Assembly: GCA_963662945.1 (NCBI GenBank)
Contig: OY759974.1
Location: 576,001 to 640,000, forward strand
Source: Arcobacteraceae bacterium
GTDB lineage: Bacteria; Campylobacterota; Campylobacteria; Campylobacterales; Arcobacteraceae
Length of the DNA stretch: 64,000 nucleotides
Reading direction: 5' to 3'
Position 1 is the stretch's first letter; each line of letters starts with the position of its first letter. Under the pieces are notes generated by a model. The model searched no databases. It had not been told where the DNA came from and saw only the letters and a list, made by a program, of their open reading frames with translations. A program made the translations under genes and the position numbers. Of this stretch, positions 1-9,963 are shown one piece after another.

Positions 1-2
1 GA

Positions 3-137
3 AAACGCTATAAAAGTGTAATCTCACTTACAAATAGAGCAGATATGAAATACCCAATGTTAATAGGAAGAAGATTTTTAAGTGGCAAGTTTCTTGTAGA
101 TGTGCAAAAAGAGTATTTAAGTAAAGAAGTAAAATAA
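3..137 (+). CDS. 3' end of a RimK-associated retropepsin-like aspartic protease (RimB-like); 5' part lies outside the window
   Basis: Not in the ORF track. Frame from nt 3 reads KRYKSVISLTNRADMKYPMLIGRRFLSGKFLVDVQKEYLSKEVK*, matching the C-terminus of the paralog at 3176-3658 (SLSFRGSMKFPLLIGR..FLVDV); lies directly before rimK. Confidence 0.8.
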   Translation, partial: KRYKSVISLTNRADMKYPMLIGRRFLSGKFLVDVQKEYLSKEVK

Positions 138-146
138 GGAAAAGAG

Positions 147-1082
147 ATGAGAGTATATATATTATCAAGAAACAAATCATTGTATTCTACAAGAAGATTA
201 GTTGAAGCAGCAGAAGCCAAAGGTTGGGAAGTTAGAGTTGTTGATTATTTAAAATGTTCTATAGAAATTATGAAAAATGAATTAAAAATAAATTATCAAG
301 GAAAAGAATTACCAGCACCAGATGCTATTATTCCAAGAATTGGAGCTAGTAGAACTTTCTATGGAACTGCAATGGTTAGGCACTTTGAGATGATGGATAC
401 TTTTTCTACTTCTGGAAATTTAGCTATTAAAAGAAGTAGAGATAAACTTAGAAGTTTACAAGTTCTCTCAAAATATGGTGTTGATATGCCAAAAACAGTT
501 TTTGCTTCAAATAAGTCAAATGCAAAAGATGTTATTGAACTCAGTGGTGGAGCACCATTAGTTCTTAAAATCCTTGAAGGAACACAAGGAGTTGGAGTCG
601 TTTTAGTTGATAGCGAAAAAGCTGCAAAATCGGTTCTTGATGCCTTTTACGGAATGGATGTAAACTTACTTGTTCAAGAGTTTATTGCAGAAGCTGGAGG
701 TGCTGATATTCGAGCATTTGTTGTTGGTGGTGAAGTTGTTGGTGCTATGAAAAGACAAGGTGCAGAAGGTGACTTTAGATCAAATCTTCACCAAGGTGGA
801 AGTGCAACTGCCTATAAATTAAACCGAAAAGAAAAAGCAACAGCATTAGCTGCTGCAAAAGCAATGGGACTTGGAGTATGTGGTGTAGATATGATACCTT
901 CAAAAAGAGGTCCACTAGTGATGGAGGTAAATTCTAGCCCAGGACTAGAAGGTATTGAAAAATCAACAGGTATTGATATAGCTGGTAAAATAATGGAATA
1001 TATTGCAAAAAATGTAACACCAAGATGCCCAGAAAACCCTACCAAAAAAAGAAAACTTAAAAGAGATAACATAGGAGCATAA
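147..1082 (+). CDS. rimK: RimK-family alpha-L-glutamate ligase (ATP-grasp)
   Basis: [34 protein letters not shown] and [12 protein letters not shown] motifs; AGGA RBS. Confidence 0.93.
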   Translation: MRVYILSRNKSLYSTRRLVEAAEAKGWEVRVVDYLKCSIEIMKNELKINYQGKELPAPDAIIPRIGASRTFYGTAMVRHFEMMDTFSTSGNLAIKRSRDKLRSLQVLSKYGVDMPKTVFASNKSNAKDVIELSGGAPLVLKILEGTQGVGVVLVDSEKAAKSVLDAFYGMDVNLLVQEFIAEAGGADIRAFVVGGEVVGAMKRQGAEGDFRSNLHQGGSATAYKLNRKEKATALAAAKAMGLGVCGVDMIPSKRGPLVMEVNSSPGLEGIEKSTGIDIAGKIMEYIAKNVTPRCPENPTKKRKLKRDNIGA

Positions 1083-1086
1083 TAAT

Positions 1087-2136
1087 ATGCCAGTCCAGAA
1101 ATTTACTCTTGGTGGTGTAGAGATACCACGAGGAGCAAATATTACTATAAATATTGAACTTCCAAAACTTTATAATACCCCTACACAATTACCTATTCGG
1201 GTAATCAGAGGGAAAAAAGATGGTCCAATTGTATTTATAAGCGCCGCTATTCATGGTGATGAGTTAAATGGAGTTGAGATTATTAGAAGATTTCGAAAAT
1301 TAAATATTTTAAAAAGACTTAAAGGTACTTTGATACTTGTTCCTATAGTAAATGTTTATGGAATTATGAATCTTTCAAGGTATCTACCAGATAGAAGAGA
1401 TTTAAATAGAAGTTTTCCTGGTAGTAGTAAAGGAAGTTTAGCAGGTCGTGTAGCAAAAGTTTTTTTTGATGAGATTGTTTTAAAATGTGATTTAGGGATA
1501 GATTTACATACTGCTTCAATTCATAAATCAAATCTTCCTCAGGTTAGAACAAATATAAACAATGAATATACTTTTAATCTTGCAAAAGCTTTTGCCGCAC
1601 CTGTTATATTACACTCAGAAGTAAGAGATGGTTCACTTCGTGCTGTTGCACAAGAAAAAGGAGTGCCAATACTTTTATATGAAGCGGGAGAAGCTTTAAG
1701 ATTTGATGAAACCTCTATACGCATTGGTGTAAATGGATTGGTAAATGTATTACGAGCAAACAATATGCTTCCTCAAATAACAAGAAAAAAAGCACCTAAA
1801 ACACCACTAATTTCAAGAATAAGTAAATGGATTCGTTCGAGTGAAAGTGGTATGTTACGAACTATTAAAGCTCTTGGAGACACGGTAAAAGAAAATGATG
1901 TGATTGCATATATTGATGAGCCATTAGGAGAACAATCATTTGAAATAACATCCCCTTATGATGGAGTTATTATAGGAAAATCTGAAATTCCTCTCGTTCA
2001 AGAGGGAGATGCTGTTTTTCATATAGCAAAATTTGGTAACCTTGAATTGGCTGAAACAAAAATAGAATACTTTAATGAAGAGATAATCGAACAAAGTGAA
2101 TTCTATGAATTAAATAACGAAGAGATAATAGAATAG
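1087..2136 (+). CDS. Succinylglutamate desuccinylase/aspartoacylase-family (M14-like) metallohydrolase
   Basis: HGDE, DLNRSFPG, DLH and YEAGE motifs; usual rimK neighbour. Confidence 0.88.
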   Translation: MPVQKFTLGGVEIPRGANITINIELPKLYNTPTQLPIRVIRGKKDGPIVFISAAIHGDELNGVEIIRRFRKLNILKRLKGTLILVPIVNVYGIMNLSRYLPDRRDLNRSFPGSSKGSLAGRVAKVFFDEIVLKCDLGIDLHTASIHKSNLPQVRTNINNEYTFNLAKAFAAPVILHSEVRDGSLRAVAQEKGVPILLYEAGEALRFDETSIRIGVNGLVNVLRANNMLPQITRKKAPKTPLISRISKWIRSSESGMLRTIKALGDTVKENDVIAYIDEPLGEQSFEITSPYDGVIIGKSEIPLVQEGDAVFHIAKFGNLELAETKIEYFNEEIIEQSEFYELNNEEIIE

Positions 2137-3183
2137 ATGGAACTTTTTTACGATATTTTAAAACAACTTATAAGAATCCCAAGTGTAGTTGGTGCTGAGC
2201 ATCCTTTTTTCATGTTTGTTAAACGAGAATTAGAAGAACTAGGGGTTGATGTTGAATACTATGATGGTGTACTTGTAGCAAAGGGAAGTGAACCAACAAG
2301 TGGTTATATTTCAGCCCATGCTGATAGACATGGACTTATTTGTACTGGACATAATGAGTTTCAATATGCTGCTTTTATCGCAAAAAACCAAGCAGACCTA
2401 ACAGGAAATTCAAACTCTGAACAACTTCTAAAAAACTTTACAGATAGATTTGTAGATCAAAAAGTTCAAGCGTATGAACCTTGGTCTGGAACATATCTTG
2501 GATTAGGAAACATTAAAGAAACTTTTTTATGTAAACGGCGAAACAATATTATTTTTAAAGTTGATGGTTTTGAACATCTTATGCCAGGAACTCCTATAGG
2601 CTTCGTAGATAAACTTAAAATTGATGAAAATGGGCTCGTTTCTGCACAATTAGACAATGTTATCTCTGTAGCAATTATTATTTATATGTATACAAAGGGA
2701 TACAAAGGTACTTCGTTTTTTACAGCATCAGAAGAAGCTGGAAAAAGTTGGAGATTTTTATTAGAATATTTTAGACGATTTGATCTTGATACAAAAAAAC
2801 TTTTGGTACTTGATACAAGCCCTTATAAAAATGTAAGTGATATCAATCATCTTGATGTAGTCTTGCGAAATAGAGATGAAAATGGTGTATTTCGTTCGTC
2901 ACTAAAAAACAAAATTAAAAATATCTGTATTGAAAACAATATAAACTATCATTTTAAAGATGCTTATTTAAAAAATATAATGCAACAAGAGGGAACAAAA
3001 GGTTCATTAGGGGTTACAGAACTTGGAAGAATCATACATGCAACAAAAGGAAATATTCAAGGGGCAACTCTACAGCTTCCAACAATTGGCTACCATACAG
3101 TTGAAGAAACAACAACAAAAAAATCTATAGATAGTATGATACTTATTCTTTCAAAACTATATGGTGTAGACGATAATGTTTAA
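2137..3183 (+). CDS. M42/M20-like zinc metallopeptidase
   Basis: LIRIPSVVGAE N-terminus; HADR, QLDN, SEE and GYHT metal-ligand motifs. Confidence 0.75.
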   Translation: MELFYDILKQLIRIPSVVGAEHPFFMFVKRELEELGVDVEYYDGVLVAKGSEPTSGYISAHADRHGLICTGHNEFQYAAFIAKNQADLTGNSNSEQLLKNFTDRFVDQKVQAYEPWSGTYLGLGNIKETFLCKRRNNIIFKVDGFEHLMPGTPIGFVDKLKIDENGLVSAQLDNVISVAIIIYMYTKGYKGTSFFTASEEAGKSWRFLLEYFRRFDLDTKKLLVLDTSPYKNVSDINHLDVVLRNRDENGVFRSSLKNKIKNICIENNINYHFKDAYLKNIMQQEGTKGSLGVTELGRIIHATKGNIQGATLQLPTIGYHTVEETTTKKSIDSMILILSKLYGVDDNV

Positions 3184-3658
3184 AATATTTATCATCTCTC
3201 TTATTCTTCTTACAAATCTTTTTTCAGATAAATTAATTTTAGGAAAAAATGATAAATTTGATTTACCAGAACTTTCTTTAAAAGAAGTACGAGCAAAAAT
3301 TGATACTGGTGCAAAAACCTCATCATTACATTGTAAAAGTATCAAACCTGATAATCAGGGTAATGTAACCTTTATCATTTTAGATGAAAAAAATCCAAAA
3401 TTTACAGGACAATCTATAACAAAAAAAATATTTAGAATTGCCGATGTAAAAAGTTCAAATGGAAGTGTGCAAAAAAGGTATTTCATTCATACACCAATCA
3501 TAATATATGGTAAAACTTATACGATGGAATTATCATTAAGCTTTAGAGGAAGTATGAAATTTCCTCTTTTAATAGGACGAGAACTTATCCAACAAGGTTT
3601 TTTAGTTGATGTAACAAAAACTGATTTATCATTTAACGCTAGTCAGTTGTCTCAATAA
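3176..3658 (+). CDS. Second RimB-like aspartic protease, with predicted signal peptide
   Basis: AKIDTGAKTSSLH catalytic motif, VKSSNG..QKR, LIGR; hydrophobic N-terminus MFKIFIISLILLTNLFS. Confidence 0.82.
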   Translation: MFKIFIISLILLTNLFSDKLILGKNDKFDLPELSLKEVRAKIDTGAKTSSLHCKSIKPDNQGNVTFIILDEKNPKFTGQSITKKIFRIADVKSSNGSVQKRYFIHTPIIIYGKTYTMELSLSFRGSMKFPLLIGRELIQQGFLVDVTKTDLSFNASQLSQ

Positions 3659-4160
3659 TATCTTCTTTTTTTACCTTATTTTTTAGTTTAATAATGGGCT
3701 TTTGTAAAAAAAGATTATTGGGATATAGTACAATATTATCATTTTCATCTAAAATCTCAATTTGAAAAAGTGATATTTCTATAATCTCTCCAATGATAGA
3801 ATTATCCCCATCTACAACTTTAATTTTATCCCCTACTCTTGCTGGAAAAGTAAAAAATATAATAATACTTGAAGTAAGATTACTCAAAATTGACCATTGA
3901 GCAAAAAGGGCAACTCCAATCACTGCAAAGATTGATGAAGCAAATATCATAACTCCACCTAATTGTACATTCCAGATTACAGCTAAAAAAAGTACTGTCA
4001 TCAAAATAATAATAAAATGTGAAAACTTTGTAACATAATAAATTCTTTTAGGAATAGTACGTTTTGTTCGTCCAATTTTGTTTATAAAATAATCTGATAG
4101 TTTAGATACGATAATTGATAATACAAAAAGTCCTATTGTTAAAATAAAATTTGTTGTCAT
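3639..4160 (-). CDS. Small MscS-family mechanosensitive channel protein
   Basis: Three TM helices, FAQWSILSN, PARVGDKI, YPN motifs; start moved to the ATG at 4160 (MTTNF). Confidence 0.8.
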   Translation of the reverse strand: MTTNFILTIGLFVLSIIVSKLSDYFINKIGRTKRTIPKRIYYVTKFSHFIIILMTVLFLAVIWNVQLGGVMIFASSIFAVIGVALFAQWSILSNLTSSIIIFFTFPARVGDKIKVVDGDNSIIGEIIEISLFQIEILDENDNIVLYPNNLFLQKPIIKLKNKVKKEDIIETTD

Positions 4161-4222
4161 AAATATGCCTTGAATATATAATTTTATTGCTATAATTGTA
4201 CAATAATTGTAAGGATATAAAG

Positions 4223-5620
4223 TTGAAAGCACTTACTCTTTTTCTATTTTTATGCTTGAGTTTATTTTCAAATGAAAGTATTATCAATACAAACATTACT
4301 GTTGAAAAAAATATTTGGTTAAAAACATACCAAAATTACAAGAACTACAATATACTTATCAACAATATAACTGTAATTGAACAAAAATTAAAAAATCCAG
4401 ATAATTCAATAAAAACACAAGAAGAACTCAATAAACGATTAGGTATTTATAAATCAAAACTAGAACTTTATGAGAGTAATCAAACTTTCAATAGTATTTT
4501 AAAACAATATAAATACACTTCTCAACCTATTACATTAAGAGATTTTATTTTCAAAACTTCTTTAAAAGATATTGAGAAAATTTCACAAAAATATAAAACA
4601 GTTAAAGATAATTTTTATATAGCAAAATCAACTGTTAATAATAAATATAAAACACTTTTAGACCTTAATGAAGATACTAAAAAACTCAAATCTGCAAAAG
4701 AAGATTTAGACTATTTTATAGAATATACAGAAAATATAGATAAAACAGAAAAAAATCTTTTAGAATCAAAAGAAGAGTTGTTAAAAAAATATGAAGAATA
4801 CAAAGATGAAGTTTTTATCAAACATCTTTTTACTTTTGGTATGATTATCCTCTTTTACACAATTTATAAAGTATTATCTTCCTTAGTTTTCTATCTTACA
4901 CATAATTCAGAAAATCATGAAGACCAAAAAAACTATAGAAAACTTCTTTCACTGCTTTTTGTAATCTTAGTAATAGTATTTGTCGCTATTCGGTATATTG
5001 ATGATATTATGTATATTATAACATTTTTAAGTGTTATAGCAGCAGCTCTTACACTTGCAACTAGAGAAATTATTCTTAATATTGCAGGAGCTATTTATAT
5101 ATTCTTTACAAGTATTGTCAAAGTTGGAGATAGGATTATGGTGCAGTTTGAAACGAAACACACTATTGGAGACATAGTGGATATCTCATTAGTCAAAATG
5201 AAACTCAATGAAATAGAAGACTATACAAATATTAAAGAAGTAAAAAATGTGGGACGAACTATCTATATTCCAAACAGCTATATTTTTACAAAAGTTTTTT
5301 ATAACTACTCTTTGAAAAAAAATGGAATCATCACTGACTTAATAGAATTTGAGTTTGATATCAATAACGATTTTGAACTTATAGAACAAATCACCCACAC
5401 AGTTTTTACAAAACTTGGCATCACCTATAAAATCTCATTTAACCTTAACAGTACAAAAACAGCTATTACAGCTTTAATATCTTATCAAACAAATTATAAA
5501 CGTGCTTCAAAAACAAGAGGAGAAGTTGCTATAAAGCTCTTAAGTGAATATAAAAACAACGATGCAGTTAAACTTAAAGCAGCGAAAGCTCTGCCAAAAG
5601 AGAAAGAGGAAGTAGAATAA
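4223..5620 (+). CDS. MscS-family channel with N-terminal periplasmic coiled coil
   Basis: KVGDRI, GDIVDI and GRTIYIPNS MscS core; TTG start at 4223 after AAGGA gives a signal-like N-terminus. Confidence 0.8.
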   Translation: MKALTLFLFLCLSLFSNESIINTNITVEKNIWLKTYQNYKNYNILINNITVIEQKLKNPDNSIKTQEELNKRLGIYKSKLELYESNQTFNSILKQYKYTSQPITLRDFIFKTSLKDIEKISQKYKTVKDNFYIAKSTVNNKYKTLLDLNEDTKKLKSAKEDLDYFIEYTENIDKTEKNLLESKEELLKKYEEYKDEVFIKHLFTFGMIILFYTIYKVLSSLVFYLTHNSENHEDQKNYRKLLSLLFVILVIVFVAIRYIDDIMYIITFLSVIAAALTLATREIILNIAGAIYIFFTSIVKVGDRIMVQFETKHTIGDIVDISLVKMKLNEIEDYTNIKEVKNVGRTIYIPNSYIFTKVFYNYSLKKNGIITDLIEFEFDINNDFELIEQITHTVFTKLGITYKISFNLNSTKTAITALISYQTNYKRASKTRGEVAIKLLSEYKNNDAVKLKAAKALPKEKEEVE

Positions 5621-5623
5621 AAA

Positions 5624-6400
5624 TTATTTCCTCTTTAAAAAATAGGCAAGTAGTGTTGAAATAAGTCCTATGCTTATAAGAATAGATATAACAGAATAAG
5701 TTCCACCTTCTCCTTGTGTAAAAAATAAAGAAGTTGTATTCATTCCAAAAAAACCAACTATAAAATTTAAGGGTAAAAATATTCCTGATAAAATAGTCAA
5801 TGTGTAAATGATTCTATTCATTTGTTCATTGGTTTGTGTCAAATGAAAATTATACAAAGCATCAAGCTTTTCTAAAAGTAATCCACTATTTCTGTAAGCT
5901 CTTTGTAAATGTTCCTCAATATCTTCAAAGTTTCGCTCTAAATACTCTTCTTCTTGTTTATAATTAAATATTAAATCATCCATTGTCTGTCCAGCTTTAA
6001 ACAAAACTCTATTAATTCGTACAATATTATTTTTATACATAAACCATTGCTGATTAAAATCTTTTAAAGATTTCCCGTCATAAATACGATCTTCAATCGC
6101 TTCTATCTCATTAAAGTGATCTAAAATAATTTTTAATACATCATCTATTTTTTTATCTAAAAATCGATAGAAACCCTTGATATTTTTCAAATCTACAAAT
6201 AAATCTTTGACTTTATCAAAATAATAATATGATTCATCTGTAACAACAAAAGCATTACTTATTTGAACTATCCTATCATCCTTTACTTGTGGTAATCGTA
6301 AAATAATAAGATCATAATTTTCATGTTTGAAAAATACTGAAGGATGTACTTCACTTCTTACATCTTCTAAGTGGAAACTATCTAATTTTTCTCTTATCAT
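5624..6400 (-). CDS. corA: CorA-family Mg2+ transporter
   Basis: FLPLNFIVGFFGMN signature and two C-terminal TM helices. Confidence 0.85.
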   Translation of the reverse strand: MIREKLDSFHLEDVRSEVHPSVFFKHENYDLIILRLPQVKDDRIVQISNAFVVTDESYYYFDKVKDLFVDLKNIKGFYRFLDKKIDDVLKIILDHFNEIEAIEDRIYDGKSLKDFNQQWFMYKNNIVRINRVLFKAGQTMDDLIFNYKQEEEYLERNFEDIEEHLQRAYRNSGLLLEKLDALYNFHLTQTNEQMNRIIYTLTILSGIFLPLNFIVGFFGMNTTSLFFTQGEGGTYSVISILISIGLISTLLAYFLKRK

Positions 6401-6410
6401 CTTAATAATC

Positions 6411-7781
6411 CTATAATAATATTAAAGTAGCCAATCCTAAAAAGCTAAAAAATCCAACAACATCAGTAACAGTTGTTAGAAGTACTGTACTTCCTATAGC
6501 AGGGTCTATTCCCATTTTTTGTAAACTCAATGGAATTAAAGCACCAAAAAAACCTGCACTTAAAAGATTTATAACCATAGATAAGGCAATAACTACTCCA
6601 AGCATTGGCATAGAGAACCATAGATATGAAATAACTCCTATAACCACTGCAAATAAAAATCCATTTGCCAAAGAGATTAAAACCTCTTTATAGATTGTTT
6701 TCTTTGCATCTTCTTTTTCGATATCCCCTAAAGCCATTTGTCGTACAGTTACTGTCAATGTTTGTGTTCCAGCATTTCCACCCATTGAAGCAACGATTGG
6801 CATCAAAATAGCCAATGCTACAAGTGATTGAATAGTAGTATCAAATAAACCTATTACAATAGAAGCGGCAATTGCAGTTACAAGATTAATTGCTAACCAA
6901 AAAGCTCTACTTTTCCCAATCTCGTAGATACTTTCTTCTTGCTCAACCTCATCATTAACCCCAGCCATGTTATAGATTTGTTCTGTTGCACTCTCTTGGA
7001 TAATATCGTATACGTCATCTGAAGTGATTCTTCCCACTAACTTTTGATTATCATCTAAAACAGGTACACTTGTAAGATTATAGTTTGTCACCATATCTAC
7101 AACCTCTTTGATTGTAGCTTTGTGAGAGATATTGTAAGTTCTAAATTTTTCACTTGGAATATCTGAAAACTTTAATCCATGTTCAAAAATAATCAGTTCC
7201 TCTAAACCAACACTTCCAATATATTTACCTCTTGTATCTGTAATATGACAATGCCAAATATTATCTACTTCACCACTTTCTTTAAGCTCTTTAAGTCTTT
7301 TGATTGCATCACCTATCTTTTCATTCTGTTTTGCAGAAAAAAGCTCTGATTGCATGTATGAACCAGCCTCATCATCATCATAAGAGATAAGCTGTTCTAA
7401 AAATTCTTTATCCTCTTCATCAAAACTTTCTAAGATAGTTTGTGCAACATCTTCATGGTCTTCACTAATATTTTGAATAAAGTCTGCTGCATCATCTGTA
7501 TCCATGTTTGAAGCAATGGCAACAAGTTTTTTTGTACTGATATATTCACTAATCTCTTCTTGAACATAAGAAGGCATTTCGGAGAGAACTTCAGCAAGAA
7601 GTGCACTTGGTATTTTTTTGAGGATTGAAGAATATTTATCTTCATCTAAATCCCGAAGCTTTAATAATTGCTCAGAAATATCATAAGGGTGGACAGTATT
7701 ATTTTCCTCTTTATATTGGGAAATTTCTTCAATTAATTGGTTTGATAAACTCTCAATTTGTTCTATATCTTTTTCATTCAT
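6411..7781 (-). CDS. mgtE: Magnesium transporter MgtE
   Basis: Acidic N-domain, CBS pair, MGGNAGTQT, DPA and TTVTDVVG motifs. Confidence 0.93.
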   Translation of the reverse strand: MNEKDIEQIESLSNQLIEEISQYKEENNTVHPYDISEQLLKLRDLDEDKYSSILKKIPSALLAEVLSEMPSYVQEEISEYISTKKLVAIASNMDTDDAADFIQNISEDHEDVAQTILESFDEEDKEFLEQLISYDDDEAGSYMQSELFSAKQNEKIGDAIKRLKELKESGEVDNIWHCHITDTRGKYIGSVGLEELIIFEHGLKFSDIPSEKFRTYNISHKATIKEVVDMVTNYNLTSVPVLDDNQKLVGRITSDDVYDIIQESATEQIYNMAGVNDEVEQEESIYEIGKSRAFWLAINLVTAIAASIVIGLFDTTIQSLVALAILMPIVASMGGNAGTQTLTVTVRQMALGDIEKEDAKKTIYKEVLISLANGFLFAVVIGVISYLWFSMPMLGVVIALSMVINLLSAGFFGALIPLSLQKMGIDPAIGSTVLLTTVTDVVGFFSFLGLATLILL

Positions 7782-7900
7782 AACTGGCTGTTTCCCTTGC
7801 TTTATACTAGTTTCGTATTATATTGAAAATTTACCAAATTTTTTGACGCAAATTGATAAAAAAGATGTATAATTCGCAAAATTAATATAGGAGGCTTACT

Positions 7901-8884
7901 ATGTCTACTTTAACTGTGAGTAATTATACTTTAAAACACTTTGATTTAAAAGCAAAAGAGATAATGGATAGATATCTTGATGTGATTAATGTTGATATTA
8001 GTGATTATACTTTTGCAGGTAATTATATCTGGCTTTCAACAGCAACAGGTTTTTATGCAATAGTAAATGATACTTTTTGTTTATTTATCTTAAATTCTGG
8101 GGAGCTGTCTATGTTGCTTCCACCTTTAGGGAAAAAAGAAAATACCTATGAAGCTATGCTTGATTGTTTTGATATTATGAATACTCACAATAGTAATAAA
8201 AACTATTCTAAAATAGAATATGTTCATGAAAACTTGTTAGAGGGATTTGTAAACTATCTTGAAGAAGGAACTGTTATCTATGATATGTTAAAAGATTTTT
8301 TAATAGAAAAAAAACTTGTTGACTATATCTATGAAACAGAAGATTTAATAGAGTTAAAAGGTGATCCATATAAATCAAAAAGAAATGAGATAAACAAGTT
8401 TAAAAAAGTATATCCAAACCATAGAGTTGAAATCATTGATATTGCAAAACATAAAGATGGTATTACAACACTTTTTAACAAGTGGGTAAAAGATAGAACA
8501 CTTTATATGCCAAAAGAGGAAGTAGAAACTTTCCTTGATGGTATCTATTTTGAAAGGTTTGCAATCAAAAGATTATTGAATGATTATGAAAATCTTGATG
8601 TAGTTGGAATGGTTTTATATATTGATGATGAGATCAAAGGATTTACAGTGGGTGAACAAATTAATGAAACAACCTCAAGTGTTATTATTGAAAAAACAGA
8701 TTTTGAGATACTTGGATGTGCACAATTTATCTTTAGAGAATTTACAAAATATCTTAAAGAATTATACGGAAGTATTTATATAAATGTTGGTGATGATATG
8801 GGATTTGAAAACTTAAAAAAAGTAAAAATGTCATATAGACCTGATAAACTTATTCCTAAATATACTATTTATCAAAAACAATGA
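7901..8884 (+). CDS. DUF2156 / MprF C-terminal-like (tRNA-dependent aminoacyltransferase fold) protein
   Basis: SDYTF, DYIY..EDLIELKG..YKSKRNEINKF, IEKT, YINVGDDMG..NLKKVKMSYRP motifs. Confidence 0.75.
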   Translation: MSTLTVSNYTLKHFDLKAKEIMDRYLDVINVDISDYTFAGNYIWLSTATGFYAIVNDTFCLFILNSGELSMLLPPLGKKENTYEAMLDCFDIMNTHNSNKNYSKIEYVHENLLEGFVNYLEEGTVIYDMLKDFLIEKKLVDYIYETEDLIELKGDPYKSKRNEINKFKKVYPNHRVEIIDIAKHKDGITTLFNKWVKDRTLYMPKEEVETFLDGIYFERFAIKRLLNDYENLDVVGMVLYIDDEIKGFTVGEQINETTSSVIIEKTDFEILGCAQFIFREFTKYLKELYGSIYINVGDDMGFENLKKVKMSYRPDKLIPKYTIYQKQ

Positions 8885-9303
8885 TAAAAATTGCAACTTT
8901 ACAAAATACAAAAGAGCTTTTTAATTTAGAAAGCTCTGTATTTTCAAAAGATGATTTCGGATTGAGTTTGAACTCTTTTTATTATCATATAAAAAGAAAT
9001 CAACTCTTTACCTATATCATTAACGATAAAATTGTAGGATATATTTTGTGGCTCAAAAGAAAAAATCATTATAGACTCTACTCTTTATGTATATCTACAG
9101 AGTTTCAAGGGCAAGGTATTGCTTCAAAGCTTTTAGACTACTCTTTTAAAACACTAGAGATAAAAAATTTTACTTTAGAGGTTAAAACAATAAATCATAC
9201 TGCAATCAATCTCTACAAAAAAAATGGTTTTGAAATTGTCAAAGTTTTAACAAACTATTATCCAAATAACTATGATGGGTATTTAATGAAAAAGGCTGAT
9301 TAA
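8881..9303 (+). CDS. RimI-like GNAT N-acetyltransferase
   Basis: FQGQGIA acetyl-CoA motif, LEV..N..AINLYKKNGF, NYY. Confidence 0.85.
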   Translation: MIKIATLQNTKELFNLESSVFSKDDFGLSLNSFYYHIKRNQLFTYIINDKIVGYILWLKRKNHYRLYSLCISTEFQGQGIASKLLDYSFKTLEIKNFTLEVKTINHTAINLYKKNGFEIVKVLTNYYPNNYDGYLMKKAD

Positions 9304-9956
9304 TGGCTTTAAAAAATTATAAAACAATGTTTCTTGAAGTAAAAAAATCTTACTTTTTATATCTTCAATCAATCGTATTATTTTTAGTGACTTATATCGA
9401 CTGGACATTATTACCCTATATTACAAAACTAGAAGGTACTTATCTTCCTGTATTTATGATAAGTTTTTTTATGCTTTTAGGTGCACTTGATGGAATAGTG
9501 CAACCACTTTTTAAACATATCAAGATTTATAATATCTATCTTTTTACAATTATTTTAGATATTATTCAAATATCCTCATATCCACTTCTTTCACATTCTA
9601 TTGTAGTTTTTACTTATGTAATATTATCAATATTTACTCTTCAAGCTATCACTTTTGAAATTGCAAGGGTTCATACTGTTGATTTTATGCAAGATGAAGC
9701 TATTGAATTAAAAGATTATCTAATGCTTCGTTCTTTTATGATTTCTATTGCTATTGTATTTGGAAGCTTGAGTGCTATGTTATTTGATTATTTTGAAATA
9801 AAACTTATAAATCTTTTGTATTATATAGCATCTTTGGGAATAATTGCTATTTATATACAATACAAACTTTATAAAAAATTCAAAGTGAAAACTTATGAAA
9901 ATGAAGTAGAAATTTTAAAAGAGAGACGAGATCTTTATGAGAAGTTTAAAAAATAA
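9303..9956 (+). CDS. Integral membrane protein (about 6 TM; half-MFS-like)
   Basis: Hydrophobic segments; translationally coupled to the GNAT gene (TAATG). Confidence 0.6.
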   Translation: MALKNYKTMFLEVKKSYFLYLQSIVLFLVTYIDWTLLPYITKLEGTYLPVFMISFFMLLGALDGIVQPLFKHIKIYNIYLFTIILDIIQISSYPLLSHSIVVFTYVILSIFTLQAITFEIARVHTVDFMQDEAIELKDYLMLRSFMISIAIVFGSLSAMLFDYFEIKLINLLYYIASLGIIAIYIQYKLYKKFKVKTYENEVEILKERRDLYEKFKK

Positions 9957-9963
9957 ACTTCTC

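Noticed and set aside
8-220. 70-aa minus-strand ORF and the other short ORFs overlapping long genes (e.g. 812, 1539, 16357, 16615, 24593, 39646, 47507, 48696)
   Set aside because: Antisense or off-frame shadows of well-supported genes, without RBS or motifs.
4160-4232. Apparent head-to-head overlap of the two MscS ORFs
   Set aside because: Artefact of longest-ORF starts; starts at 4160 (-) and 4223 (+) leave a 62-bp divergent promoter.
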